Shown here in pieces: positions 51,626 to 61,391 of a stretch of DNA of 64,000 bases; position 1 is the stretch's first letter; the number at the start of each line of letters is the position of its first letter. The translations under genes were made by a program, and so were the position numbers. Location: the NCBI GenBank assembly GCA_048886685.1, contig JBHLKM010000004.1, positions 50,486 through 114,485 on the forward strand, given 5' to 3'. The DNA is from Candidatus Hodarchaeota archaeon (GTDB lineage: Archaea > Asgardarchaeota > Lokiarchaeia > Sigyniarchaeales > SOKP01). The notes beneath the pieces were generated by a model, which was not told where the DNA came from, ran no database searches, and saw nothing but the letters and a program-made list of their open reading frames with translations.

Positions 51626-51775
51626 ATGAGTGATATACCAGAAGGGGTAGTAAATGTCTTAGAAATGATAGTCCGTTGTTTTGACTGTTGACTATCATGT
51701 GCCGCTCACATCACAGTTGTTGATGAGGATGGTAAAGAAATTTACTCTCGTGAGATGCACGTTGGTTTAGGATGA
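51626..51775 (+). CDS. vhuU: selenoprotein VhuU (49 aa, Sec at codon 22)
   Basis: MSDIPEGVVNVLEMIVRCFDC-U(TGA 51689-91)-LSCAAHITVVDEDGKEIYSREMHVGLG; matches the hydrogenase L2 motif D-x-U-x-x-C-x-x-H. Confidence 0.92.
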
Positions 51776-51833
51776 AATATCTAATAAAAATCATAGATTG
51801 GATATGACTGCCCTTGCATGGGTTAAAACCAAC
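51761..51833 (+). promoter_or_regulatory. candidate eukaryote-like SECIS element for vhuU
   Basis: ATGA(51772-75)-A-ATATCTAAT-AAAAATCATAG-ATTGGATAT-GA hairpin, closed by GTTGGTTT(51761-68)/AAACCAAC(51826-33). Confidence 0.6.
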
Positions 51834-51879
51834 CAATAAAAAAAAATGAAAAAAATACTCGAAAAAAACGTGATAAAAT

Positions 51880-52404
51880 ATGACATTACCATTAGGTATA
51901 GATTTTGAATTTAGGAAACTTGTTATGGACGTACATATTGGATCTGATAAGATTAAATATTGTTATCAATGTAGCAGATGTACAGACAATTGTCCTGTCG
52001 CTGCAGTTGCTAACCCATTTTATGAAAACGTTTTTGATCCTAGATTAATTGTCCTTGGTACTCTTTTAGGATATAAAGATGTTGTAATGGCTCTTGCAGG
52101 TACAAAATCGGCGATAGTACCATGGGGCTGTACAGTATGTGACACGTGTGATACCGTTTGTCCTCAAGCTATCGAGGTTACTGAGATTATTACTTTAGCA
52201 AAAAACGTAACTACTGGAGCCGGTTTGGCACCAGACAATGTCGTAGCTCAGGCAAAAACTGTTTTCGAAAATGGAAAAGCGATTCCATCTCAACCAGCGA
52301 TCGAGAGAAGACGTGAGCAATTAGGCTTACCAGCTGTAGTTGCACCAGATATTAATGAAGTACAAACTTTGTTAAAAGCAATAGGTGCAGATAAAAAATT
52401 ATAA
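51880..52404 (+). CDS. hdrC: heterodisulfide reductase subunit C (second copy)
   Basis: CYQCSRCTDNCP, CTVCDTCDTVCP, RREQLGLP. Confidence 0.88.
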   Translation: MTLPLGIDFEFRKLVMDVHIGSDKIKYCYQCSRCTDNCPVAAVANPFYENVFDPRLIVLGTLLGYKDVVMALAGTKSAIVPWGCTVCDTCDTVCPQAIEVTEIITLAKNVTTGAGLAPDNVVAQAKTVFENGKAIPSQPAIERRREQLGLPAVVAPDINEVQTLLKAIGADKKL

Positions 52405-52418
52405 TGGAGGTTAAAAAA

Positions 52419-53285
52419 ATGACAGAGTATAAAATGTTTGAGGGATGTGTTATTGGAAACAGAATTCCATTTATTGAGGCAGCCTCCAGAAAAGTTTTAG
52501 ACAAGATTGGAGTTCAAACATCACAAGCTCCATTTGCTTGTTGTCCAGATCCTACTGGAGTAAAAAGCTTTGATAATACAGCTTGGCTCGCTTTAGGTGC
52601 TCGTAACTTATGTTTAGCAGAAGCTGAAGGAAAAGATATAATTTCGCTTTGTAATGGTTGTACTAATACGCTTCGTGGGGTCCAACACCAATTAAAACAT
52701 GATTCTCATAAAATGAAAGCGATTAATGAAGAACTTGCTAAGATCGGAAAAGAATATAAAGGTTCTATTGATGTAAAGCATTTTGTTGATGTTTTAAGGT
52801 CAAATTTAGATTCGATAAGAGGTGCAATTACGAGGCAAATGGGTGATTTAAAGGTTGCCTGTCATCCTGGTTGCCATTACATGCGACCTGTTGAATGGAT
52901 GGAATCTGATGATCCGTTACGTCCTAAAAATTTGAAAGAAATCGTTGCTGTTTCAGGAGCTAATGTAGTTGATTATGATGAATTAGCATTGTGCTGTGGA
53001 AATGCTGTTGCTGGTCCATTTCCAGAACATGGAGAAGCGATACTAAAACAAAAGTTTGATTCGATTAAAAAATCTGGCGCAAATTGTATCGTTGTAAACT
53101 GTCCTGCATGTTTTCAGCGATTAGACGGAGAACAGCGAAATCTTTCAAAGAAATTTGAAAAAGAATATAATATTCCGGTATTATATATAACAGAATTGTT
53201 AGCTTTGGCTATGGGTGTTAGTTCTGAGGAGATAGGTTTAAAAAACCATCGAACTAGACGAAATACAGCCATAGAAAACCTTTAA
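52419..53285 (+). CDS. hdrB: heterodisulfide reductase subunit B (second copy)
   Basis: FEGC, CCPDP, CNGC, HPGCH, CCG, CPAC. Start set to MTEY after a GGAGG SD. Confidence 0.9.
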   Translation: MTEYKMFEGCVIGNRIPFIEAASRKVLDKIGVQTSQAPFACCPDPTGVKSFDNTAWLALGARNLCLAEAEGKDIISLCNGCTNTLRGVQHQLKHDSHKMKAINEELAKIGKEYKGSIDVKHFVDVLRSNLDSIRGAITRQMGDLKVACHPGCHYMRPVEWMESDDPLRPKNLKEIVAVSGANVVDYDELALCCGNAVAGPFPEHGEAILKQKFDSIKKSGANCIVVNCPACFQRLDGEQRNLSKKFEKEYNIPVLYITELLALAMGVSSEEIGLKNHRTRRNTAIENL

Positions 53286-53304
53286 GCTAAAATCTATAAA
53301 ATAT

Positions 53305-53335
53305 TCTTATTTTTTTTATTTTCTTTATTTTTTGT
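53305..53335 (+). terminator. T-rich archaeal-type terminator after the vhu-hdr operon
   Basis: Multiple oligo-T runs immediately after the hdrB stop. Confidence 0.45.
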
Positions 53336-53442
53336 CATTCGGATTGTAAAATTTAAATAATAAAAGTTTCTTTTATAAATTGGATTTCTTAAACTTTTCA
53401 AATATAAGAATATAACAATCAATTTCTTGAATTGAGTTAAAT

Positions 53443-54243
53443 ATGGCTCTTTATAATTTAAATCGGGAGGTTCCTTGGTTTTTTCATCATATAGAAAATT
53501 ATTATCATTTGTTTTTAAATATAAGATTTAATAATAGAAGTATAGTTCAAGAGCAAATCAGATTTTCAATCGAATTGGATATACAGGGATTTGAAGGATT
53601 AGTATTTTATATGTATAAACCTCATTCTACGAAAATAAAATTTGATATTTACAAACATTCAATTGATCAAATTCATATGATAAATGATCTTAAATATGTT
53701 TTAAGTAGAGAACCTATGAATTCCTTGGATTTAGTTATAATTCCATTTGGTTATTTTAAGGATGAGCATAAATTTAGATTAGTAGTTCATAATGAACAGA
53801 TTGAATCTAGTTTTGATATTTATTCATGGTCACCATCAAATCTCTATAAAAATGTGAAATCTGTTATCAAAATAGCTAATAAATATATGGAATTAATACC
53901 AATAGACGATTATAGAGGGTATTATTATCAAGTAGACAGTTCTTTTAAGGGAAATGAAACTGGACGTCTATTTGATTTAATAAATCATCTGGTTGAGTTA
54001 GATAAAAGCATTAGTAAAGCTACTAAGAAATCGGTTTTTGATCCTATGGATTATGATATAAAAGCTCTCGTAACAAAGACTAATGAATATTTATTTGAAT
54101 TATGTCATAATCCTGTTCCTTTAGATATCAAGAATGTATTACGAGAATTAGAAAGATTGAAATTCAATGTGGATAGTTTATCTAAAGAAGAAATTTTCAA
54201 CTGGCTCGATGATTTGATTACCTTTTATTCACGAAGGGCTTAA
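53443..54243 (+). CDS. hypothetical protein
   Basis: 266-aa ORF, no recognised motif. Confidence 0.7.
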   Translation: MALYNLNREVPWFFHHIENYYHLFLNIRFNNRSIVQEQIRFSIELDIQGFEGLVFYMYKPHSTKIKFDIYKHSIDQIHMINDLKYVLSREPMNSLDLVIIPFGYFKDEHKFRLVVHNEQIESSFDIYSWSPSNLYKNVKSVIKIANKYMELIPIDDYRGYYYQVDSSFKGNETGRLFDLINHLVELDKSISKATKKSVFDPMDYDIKALVTKTNEYLFELCHNPVPLDIKNVLRELERLKFNVDSLSKEEIFNWLDDLITFYSRRA

Positions 54244-54278
54244 TTAAAAATAAAAATAATAGTCCGATAAACAGCTTT

Positions 54279-54845
54279 TTATTGTTTTTTCTTTATAAAT
54301 TTGTCGATTAATATAAACAGTAGGACTATACCGAAATATATAATAGCAACAAAAAGGAATCCAAATTTCACTGTTGCGCTCAAAGAGGCTATTAAAGGCA
54401 GAATATTTGACACGGCAGTTGGAGTATTAGCCATTAAAACCAAAAAAGTATTCTCAATTATATCAAAAATTCCGGTTAAAAAGGGAGTAATAGTTATATA
54501 AGTTCCAATTGCTTCAAGTTTCCCTGTTGAACTTTGTAAGACTAGGGTTACTAATGCAAAAGCTAATGAAACATAGCCAACAATGAATAAGAAATCCCAA
54601 TATATTGCCATTAATTGACGATCTATTCCACTTGTTCCCCATACAGAAAAAATAATTTCAACTCGACTGGAGGTCCACGCGAATTCATAATCTAAGATAC
54701 CATACTTGGAAACTGTTGCTTCAATAGGTATAAACACGAATATTTCTACTAAAAGAACTATTAAGAAACCTAAGATTGCTAAAAGGTACAATATTCTTTT
54801 ATTAAGAGATTTTCTAAATCTATCCAAGAACATATTTCTTTTCAT
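54279..54845 (-). CDS. membrane protein
   Basis: Four TM segments, DFLFI..Y and DIIEN motifs. Confidence 0.78.
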   Translation of the reverse strand: MKRNMFLDRFRKSLNKRILYLLAILGFLIVLLVEIFVFIPIEATVSKYGILDYEFAWTSSRVEIIFSVWGTSGIDRQLMAIYWDFLFIVGYVSLAFALVTLVLQSSTGKLEAIGTYITITPFLTGIFDIIENTFLVLMANTPTAVSNILPLIASLSATVKFGFLFVAIIYFGIVLLFILIDKFIKKKQ

Positions 54846-54999
54846 AATTTATTTTATGAATTATTTAACTATATTATTAGAAAAATATTATTTTCCTTAT
54901 ACAAAAATAAATAGTTCTCTAATGAAAATGAATCAATAGTTTTATTTGGTTTTATATATTATCAAATTTGTATGAAATAAAGTTCCAAACTGAAATAAA

Positions 55000-55242
55000 A
55001 TGTGTTTAGCTATACCAGGAAAAATATTGAATATCGAAGGAAATTCTGCCTTAGTAGATTTTGATGGTATTAAACAAAAAGTAATTGTAGCTTTAATTCA
55101 GAATCCGGAAGTTGGGAAGTTCGTAATCGTTCATGCTGGGTATGCAATCGAGCAAATGGAGGAAAAAGATGCATTAGAAGCAATTGAACAGTGGAAGGAA
55201 CTTGTTGAGGAACAAGATTTAGATTTATCAGACTTGCTATAA
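55000..55242 (+). CDS. hypC: hydrogenase maturation chaperone HypC
   Basis: MCLAIPG, VHAGYA. Confidence 0.96.
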   Translation: MCLAIPGKILNIEGNSALVDFDGIKQKVIVALIQNPEVGKFVIVHAGYAIEQMEEKDALEAIEQWKELVEEQDLDLSDLL

Positions 55243-55279
55243 ATTAATGATTAGAAACAATAACTCTGTATCAAACTTA

Positions 55280-55489
55280 TTATTTCTTTTTTTCTAAAGA
55301 AGTTAAAATCACATATCTAGCATTAGAATAAATTGCTATTCCAATAAAGAACAACACTACAAGGTCGACTACAGGACTTGCTTTACTAACCATTTCTAAA
55401 ACAAATGCTATAATTAAAGAATACATTCCTAATACTAAAAGATTTTCTTTTTTCCTCAACTTCTTTATTTCACCCTCTAAATTTTTCAA
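55280..55489 (-). CDS. small two-TM membrane protein
   Basis: Two hydrophobic helices with a basic C-terminus. Confidence 0.55.
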   Translation of the reverse strand: MKNLEGEIKKLRKKENLLVLGMYSLIIAFVLEMVSKASPVVDLVVLFFIGIAIYSNARYVILTSLEKKK

Positions 55490-55610
55490 ATTTTCAATTT
55501 TGGAATATTTCCACTAGATAAAACAGAAATAAGGTATTTATTGAACATCTATATAGAATATATATATCTAAATGAAAAGTATATCGTCTTGAAAATAACT
55601 CAAATAAATC

Positions 55611-56423
55611 CTATAAATCAAAAATCTCTTTTTTCAATTTTTTTAATTTAAGGTAGAGGTTTTTAATCGCAATTATACCTTGAGAATCTTGATTAAAATC
55701 AAGAGGGGATTCTCCATTTAAATCTGCTTTTCCTATTTCAGGATCAAAAGGAACTATGTGGTAAAGAGGCACTTCCCAACCTTTAATTTGCTTGTTAATA
55801 ATCTCTCTTTGAGAATCATCAATTAATTTATTTGCAATTAAATAGATATTAATAACTCCCAATTTTTTTGATAAGTCTATAATTTTTTTACATAGATCTA
55901 ATGATTTTTGGGAGGGTTCTGTAATTACTAGCATCACGTCTATACCTTTAGCAGTACCTCGCCCCAAATGTTCTATACCTGCCTCAAAATCAACAATTAT
56001 TACTTCATCTCTTTTTACAAGCAAATTGTATAATAGAGTTCTTATTAAAGCATTTTCGGGACATAGACATCCTGTAGCAGGTTCTTCAATTCCTCCTAAA
56101 ACCAGTAATTGTAAACCATCCGGTCCTGACACCTTAAATTTATCAGGGATATCAGAGACTTTGGGGTTAATGTTATAAATTCCAGGACCCGCACCCTCAA
56201 CAACTGTTCTTTCTTCAATCATCGATTTCATTTCTTTAATTGGAACGATTTGATCTTTAGTGCTTTCATCAAGACCTAAAGTATAACTTAAATTCATTGC
56301 TGAGTCGTTATCTATTGCTAGAACTTTAAATCCATCTTTAGCAAACATTCTTGCTAATGTACCAGCTATTAGAGTTTTTCCAACACCGCCTTTTCCCGAA
56401 ACGGCTATTTTCATCGATATCAA
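55611..56423 (-). CDS. cooC: CooC-type nickel-insertion ATPase
   Basis: GKGGVGKT, GCLCP, DFEAGIEHLGRGT. Confidence 0.88.
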   Translation of the reverse strand: MISMKIAVSGKGGVGKTLIAGTLARMFAKDGFKVLAIDNDSAMNLSYTLGLDESTKDQIVPIKEMKSMIEERTVVEGAGPGIYNINPKVSDIPDKFKVSGPDGLQLLVLGGIEEPATGCLCPENALIRTLLYNLLVKRDEVIIVDFEAGIEHLGRGTAKGIDVMLVITEPSQKSLDLCKKIIDLSKKLGVINIYLIANKLIDDSQREIINKQIKGWEVPLYHIVPFDPEIGKADLNGESPLDFNQDSQGIIAIKNLYLKLKKLKKEIFDL

Positions 56424-56591
56424 ATGTAGATTTTTTTTAACTTACTTCAATTAGGAATTTCTTTGATTTGAATTTCACGGTTAAAATTCAGAATAAATTC
56501 ATTTAAAATTACAATAAAATAAGATCTAAAAATCTCATTAATTATTAATAAAGGCAAAAACAACTTATATACAATAAATTTATTAACTTGA

Positions 56592-57332
56592 ATGACATTT
56601 AAAGAAGAATTATTAGGAAATAACTACTCATTCGAGCAAGCAGAGTTAATTCAAATAAAATATCAAAATCTAATAAATATTATAAGTAAAGATGATATTG
56701 ACAATATTAAGTTAATAAAAACTATTGTTGGGGTAGATATTTCTTATTATCATGACGGAGATAAAGAATACGGCGTAGCTTGTGCCGTACTTTGGAATAT
56801 AGAACATGATATAAAAGAAGAGCATAATTTTGCTCGAGATCTCATCAATTTCCCATATAAACCAGGTTTTCTCGGATTCCGAGAATGCAAACTGCTAACT
56901 AAGGCAATTTCAAAACTACCGATTCAGCCTGACCTTATCATGTGTGATGGACATGGGAAAATTCATCCTAGAAGATTTGGGGAAGCAGTACATCTTGGTT
57001 TTGCCTTAAATATTCCTACGATTGGTATAGCTAAAAATCCTTTTATTGGATATTTTAATAAGAATGGAATTAAAAAAACTAAAGGTTTTAAAATACCAGT
57101 GTGGGCTAAAAATCCAGAAAATATAAGTAAAACTTCTTTAAATGATTTATTAGGTTATGCTATCTGTTTGAATGATGGCTCAAAGCCAGTATATATAAGT
57201 GTAGGCTATAAAACTACCATTGAAATCGCACTTAAAATATCTCTTATTACAGCTAAAGGACATCGACAACCAGAACCGTTATATTTAGCAGATCGTCTAT
57301 CTAAACAGAAAGCAAAAAGTTACACGTCTTAA
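56592..57332 (+). CDS. nfi: endonuclease V
   Basis: GVDISY, PYKPGFLGFRE, DGHGKIHPRRFG, PEPLYLAD. Confidence 0.92.
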   Translation: MTFKEELLGNNYSFEQAELIQIKYQNLINIISKDDIDNIKLIKTIVGVDISYYHDGDKEYGVACAVLWNIEHDIKEEHNFARDLINFPYKPGFLGFRECKLLTKAISKLPIQPDLIMCDGHGKIHPRRFGEAVHLGFALNIPTIGIAKNPFIGYFNKNGIKKTKGFKIPVWAKNPENISKTSLNDLLGYAICLNDGSKPVYISVGYKTTIEIALKISLITAKGHRQPEPLYLADRLSKQKAKSYTS

Positions 57333-57354
57333 TAAAATTTATTTTATTTTTAAA

Positions 57355-58815
57355 TTAATTAGAAATCTCATTAAGCATTTTAGCAGCAAGCTCTCTTACG
57401 TCTACATCTGCGTCATTTAAGAGCTTTTTCAATAATTTTTTAAATTCTTCTGATTCAAAGTCAAATTTACTCAAAGCCTTAATTAGATTATATCTAATAA
57501 GCCAATCATCATCATGAATTAATTCTAAAAATGCATCATAAACCTTTTTATCTTTAATTTCGCTTAAAATCTTTATAGCACATCTTTTAATTTCATTGTT
57601 TTTACTATTTAAATCCTTAATAAGCGTATTTATAATAACTTTTTTATTATTATCGCTCATAAGCCTATACATTCTTTTAAAAAGAGAAATTTGGAAGTGA
57701 TCTGGAAAATCATAAGCAAATGAATTTGTAGAGCTTTCTACATCAATCAATTCTATAGCTTGAGTCTCCAATTCTAACAATTTATTATTTAATAATTCAT
57801 TTTCTTTTTGATATTTTAATAATTCAGATTTTATATTATCATATTGTTCTCTCATTTTAGCAAATTCTAATGCTTGCTCCGTTGAAATTGTTGTAGGTTC
57901 GATCGAATTTTCTAGCTCTTTTTGTAAGAACTTTAATTGGGCATCATAGTCTTCAATTTCTAATTTTAAAGCTTCAATCTTTCTATTTGCCAATTCTAAT
58001 TCTTCTGAATTTACTTCTTCAATTCTTTCTTGTATTTTAACATTTAAGGTTTCAATTTCTGAGGTTAAATCTTCAATCCTTTTGTTTGCCAATTCTAATT
58101 CTTCTGAGTTTACTTTTTTAATTCTTTCCTGCAGTTGAGCGTTCAATGAATCTATTTCTGATGTTAAATTATCAATCTTTTTATTTGCTAATTCTAATTC
58201 TTCTGAAACTAATTCTTCAACTCCTTCTTGTATTTGGGCTTTTAATGATTCTATTTCAACTCGTAATAAGCCATTTTGTTCCATTAATTGAAAATTTAAT
58301 CGTTTTATATTCACCATTTCTTCATTTTTTCCGATCTGTGCCTTATTAGTTTCTTCAAGATCAATATTTTCTGATTCGATAGTCTCGAGTTGATTTTTCA
58401 AATCTTCAATCTGATTTCTATATTTTTCGTTCTCTTCAGATAATTTTAGTATCAGTTCTTGAGCTTCAATTAATTCATTTTTTTGTGGTTCAAATGTCCC
58501 ATTTTTAGGTTTTTCTACCTGAGATGTTAATCCATCAATTTTTTCGTTTAATTTATCGATTTTTTCATCTTTTCTTGATAAATCTTTTCTTTGAGAGTTA
58601 ATCATTTCCTTTAGAATATTAATCTCACTCGGTAAATCATTTTGAGTGAAACTAATTTGATCTCCTTGTTCTTCAATCAATAAATGCTGTTCTTTTATTC
58701 TAAATTTTAAACGATTAATCTCTTCCTTTAAAGAATAGATTATCGATTCTAATTCTGCTCGAGTTTTAGTTTCTTTTTCAACGATATTAATTAAATCCTT
58801 TAAATCTTTATCCAT
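57355..58815 (-). CDS. long coiled-coil protein with internal 33-aa repeats and C-terminal HEAT/PBS-like repeats
   Basis: About 370 aa of heptad-rich E/K/L sequence; three SEELELAN units; C-terminal L.D.D..VR..A helical pairs. Confidence 0.85.
   Translation of the reverse strand: MDKDLKDLINIVEKETKTRAELESIIYSLKEEINRLKFRIKEQHLLIEEQGDQISFTQNDLPSEINILKEMINSQRKDLSRKDEKIDKLNEKIDGLTSQVEKPKNGTFEPQKNELIEAQELILKLSEENEKYRNQIEDLKNQLETIESENIDLEETNKAQIGKNEEMVNIKRLNFQLMEQNGLLRVEIESLKAQIQEGVEELVSEELELANKKIDNLTSEIDSLNAQLQERIKKVNSEELELANKRIEDLTSEIETLNVKIQERIEEVNSEELELANRKIEALKLEIEDYDAQLKFLQKELENSIEPTTISTEQALEFAKMREQYDNIKSELLKYQKENELLNNKLLELETQAIELIDVESSTNSFAYDFPDHFQISLFKRMYRLMSDNNKKVIINTLIKDLNSKNNEIKRCAIKILSEIKDKKVYDAFLELIHDDDWLIRYNLIKALSKFDFESEEFKKLLKKLLNDADVDVRELAAKMLNEISN
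57960..58260. repeat. three 99-bp in-frame tandem repeats
   Basis: AATTCTAATTCTTCTGA recurs at about 57992, 58091 and 58190. Confidence 0.85.
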
Positions 58816-58974
58816 GACTTTAGCATCTAACGAGATTAGTTTGATTAGAAATTTAGTTTATTCAAGTATATTATTGTTGTTAAATGCTATAAACTTTTAG
58901 TACTTATTGAGATATATATTAAATAAAATACTACTCTCTTAAAAAAAATTAAAACGATATTGTTAGATTTAAAG

Positions 58975-59454
58975 CTACAAAATCTTAATTTCTTTTATTG
59001 CATCTCCCTGAACAATAGAGTTGATAACTTTTTGATCACTAATAGGATCTACAACCTCTCCGAAAATCGTATGATTATTGTTAAGATGTGGAGTAGGGAC
59101 ATGGGTAATAAAGAATTGAGAACCATTTGTATTTTTTCCTGCATTTGCCATTGCTAAAATCCCTGGTTTATCGAACTTTCTTCCTGATTGGAATTCGTCC
59201 TCAAAAGGATAAGGGATATTTTTCCCTTGAAACGGAAATGAAGCGATGCCTTTTTGTTTTGGTCCGTGATATCCCGTTCCTGAAGGACAACCTCCTTGTA
59301 TCATAAAATCTGGAATAACTCTATGGAACTTAAGTCCATTATAATAACCCTGCTTAGCTAAAAATAAGAAACTAGCCACTGTCATTGGCGCTTCTTCATC
59401 AAATAAATTAAGATTTATCTCTCCTTTACTTGTAATCATTACAATTTTAGTCAT
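58975..59454 (-). CDS. cyclophilin-type peptidyl-prolyl isomerase
   Basis: FHRVIPDFMIQGG, AMANAG, NGSQFFIT, HTIFG. Start set to MTKIVM. Confidence 0.94.
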   Translation of the reverse strand: MTKIVMITSKGEINLNLFDEEAPMTVASFLFLAKQGYYNGLKFHRVIPDFMIQGGCPSGTGYHGPKQKGIASFPFQGKNIPYPFEDEFQSGRKFDKPGILAMANAGKNTNGSQFFITHVPTPHLNNNHTIFGEVVDPISDQKVINSIVQGDAIKEIKIL

Positions 59455-59574
59455 ACAACTAAAAACGTTCAAAAGTTTTTAATCATTGTGCTTTTCTTCG
59501 TTGTTCGTTTAGTTTATTTATAACAAAAATTGGTCTATAAAAGAAACTTATACAACTTCATTTTGATTATAAAT

Positions 59575-60585
59575 ATGAATGTATCAATAAAAGAAGAAAC
59601 ACAAAAAATTTTTTCAGATTCTAATCAACTCTATGAAAAAGTACACTCAACTGATATTATTATCGAAGTACAAGATTTAAAAAAGTCGTTTGATGATATT
59701 AAAGCAGTTGATGGCGTCAGTTTTAAAATTCGTAGAGGAGAATTATTTTCACTATTGGGTCCTAATGGAGCGGGAAAATCTACTACGATTAGAATGCTTA
59801 CAACTGTATTAAAGCCTTCTCGTGGAAAAGCAAGAATCGCTGATTATAGCCTAACAAAAGAAAAAAACAAAATTAAACCACTTATTGGAGTATGCCCTCA
59901 AGAAAATGTTGTTTTTAACGCCTTAACAGCTGAGAATAATGTTGAATTCGTTGGTCGAATGCATGGGATGGATCCCGCTGAAATGAGAAAACGCTCGAAA
60001 CATTTACTAGAAAAAATGAATATAGCAGGACGTAAGAAACCTGCAAAATCGTTTTCTGGAGGAATGAAACGACGTTTAAATCTTGTAATGAGCCTTATTC
60101 ATCAACCACAAATTCTTTTTCTTGATGAACCAACAGCTGGTTTAGATCCTCAAGCAAGACGGCTTGTATGGGATTTTATCAAGGAACTTAAAAATACTGG
60201 AATGACAATTATCCTTACAACTCATGACATGATAGAAGCGGATGCATTAAGTGATCATATAGCAATCATGGATCAGGGGAAAATCATTGCTTTTGGTACC
60301 TTAGATGAATTAAAAAGAGGTTCAAGCAATGGTAATATTCTTGAATTCAGTTTTTCTTCGAAAAAAACGCTAAATCAAGCAAAAAACAAGTTAGAACAAA
60401 TAAAAGATGTAAAAAGCATTACAGAAATGGAGAATAATAAGTTAGTTATCTCCTTTTCTGGAGGAATCGACACTTTCAAGGGTGAAATTTTAAAACAAAT
60501 AAATTCATTTAAAACTTTACATTTTAGGGAAGATTCTCTTGAGGATATATTCTTAAAATTAACTGGTAGGGGGTTGCGTGATTAA
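59575..60585 (+). CDS. ABC-2 type exporter ATP-binding protein
   Basis: GPNGAGKS, FSGGMKRR, LDEPT, TTH; start uncertain (59530 or 59575). Confidence 0.92.
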   Translation: MNVSIKEETQKIFSDSNQLYEKVHSTDIIIEVQDLKKSFDDIKAVDGVSFKIRRGELFSLLGPNGAGKSTTIRMLTTVLKPSRGKARIADYSLTKEKNKIKPLIGVCPQENVVFNALTAENNVEFVGRMHGMDPAEMRKRSKHLLEKMNIAGRKKPAKSFSGGMKRRLNLVMSLIHQPQILFLDEPTAGLDPQARRLVWDFIKELKNTGMTIILTTHDMIEADALSDHIAIMDQGKIIAFGTLDELKRGSSNGNILEFSFSSKKTLNQAKNKLEQIKDVKSITEMENNKLVISFSGGIDTFKGEILKQINSFKTLHFREDSLEDIFLKLTGRGLRD

Positions 60586-61391
60586 TGTATTCAATTGATG
60601 TAAAAGCATGGTATATCGCTAAAAAGAACATCACAGAAAAGCTTAAGAATTTAGGTTCGATGTTTTGGACTGTTGCATTTCCAATCATGATGTTGCTTGT
60701 ATATAAGCTAGCTTTCAGTGCTGATGATGAATTGACTATGATAAATGGATTAAACGTATTTGACGTAGAATTTCCAGGAATAGTAGTATATACAATCGGT
60801 ATGTCTTCGGTTACAAGCGCAGTTATGTTTGCAATGAGTAAAGTAGATGGAACCTTAGAGCGTATAGATTCAATGCCTGTGAGTCGTGGAAATGTTTTTC
60901 TGGGGGCAGTAATATCAGAAAGTATTTTTATGAACCTACAACTTGTTTTATTATTTACATTTGGTTATGGAATTTTAGGAGCCCATTTTGAACTCGCGAT
61001 GCTACCACTTGGATACTTACTTGCCATGCTCTTTGGAATTGGTTCTATAGGATTGGGTCTTATTATTGCGAGTTTTCTTAATTCACCTGAAGGTGCAAAT
61101 GGAATTGCTATGTTAACTCATATGTGTTTAATGTTTGTATCCGGATCATTTTTCCCATTAGACAATACTGGTGTTTTCTTTACTCCACAATATTGGGTTA
61201 AACAAGTTTATCTCCAATTAACAGTTGTAGGGGATTTCTTCACTGATTTGATGTACAGTGGGAACATAATCCTACCGACCTCTAAAGCCTCGATCTTTCC
61301 CATCTGGAGTGGAATCCTAATTATATTAGCATTTACATCCACATTTATCTTTTTGGGAATTAAAATCTTTCAAAAAAAGACATCGCTTTAA
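60585..61391 (+). CDS. ABC-2 type exporter permease
   Basis: Six TM segments, GTLER..SMP, SGSFFP; overlaps the ATPase stop. Confidence 0.9.
   Translation: MYSIDVKAWYIAKKNITEKLKNLGSMFWTVAFPIMMLLVYKLAFSADDELTMINGLNVFDVEFPGIVVYTIGMSSVTSAVMFAMSKVDGTLERIDSMPVSRGNVFLGAVISESIFMNLQLVLLFTFGYGILGAHFELAMLPLGYLLAMLFGIGSIGLGLIIASFLNSPEGANGIAMLTHMCLMFVSGSFFPLDNTGVFFTPQYWVKQVYLQLTVVGDFFTDLMYSGNIILPTSKASIFPIWSGILIILAFTSTFIFLGIKIFQKKTSL

Noticed and set aside
51626-51775. Pseudogene or frameshift reading of the vhuA 3' end
   Set aside because: The TGA falls exactly on the Ni-ligand position, the ORF has its own ATG, and the layout matches known vhuA/vhuU.
57960-58260. CRISPR-like periodic repeats
   Set aside because: Repeats are in-frame coding duplications with similar 'spacers'; no cas genes.
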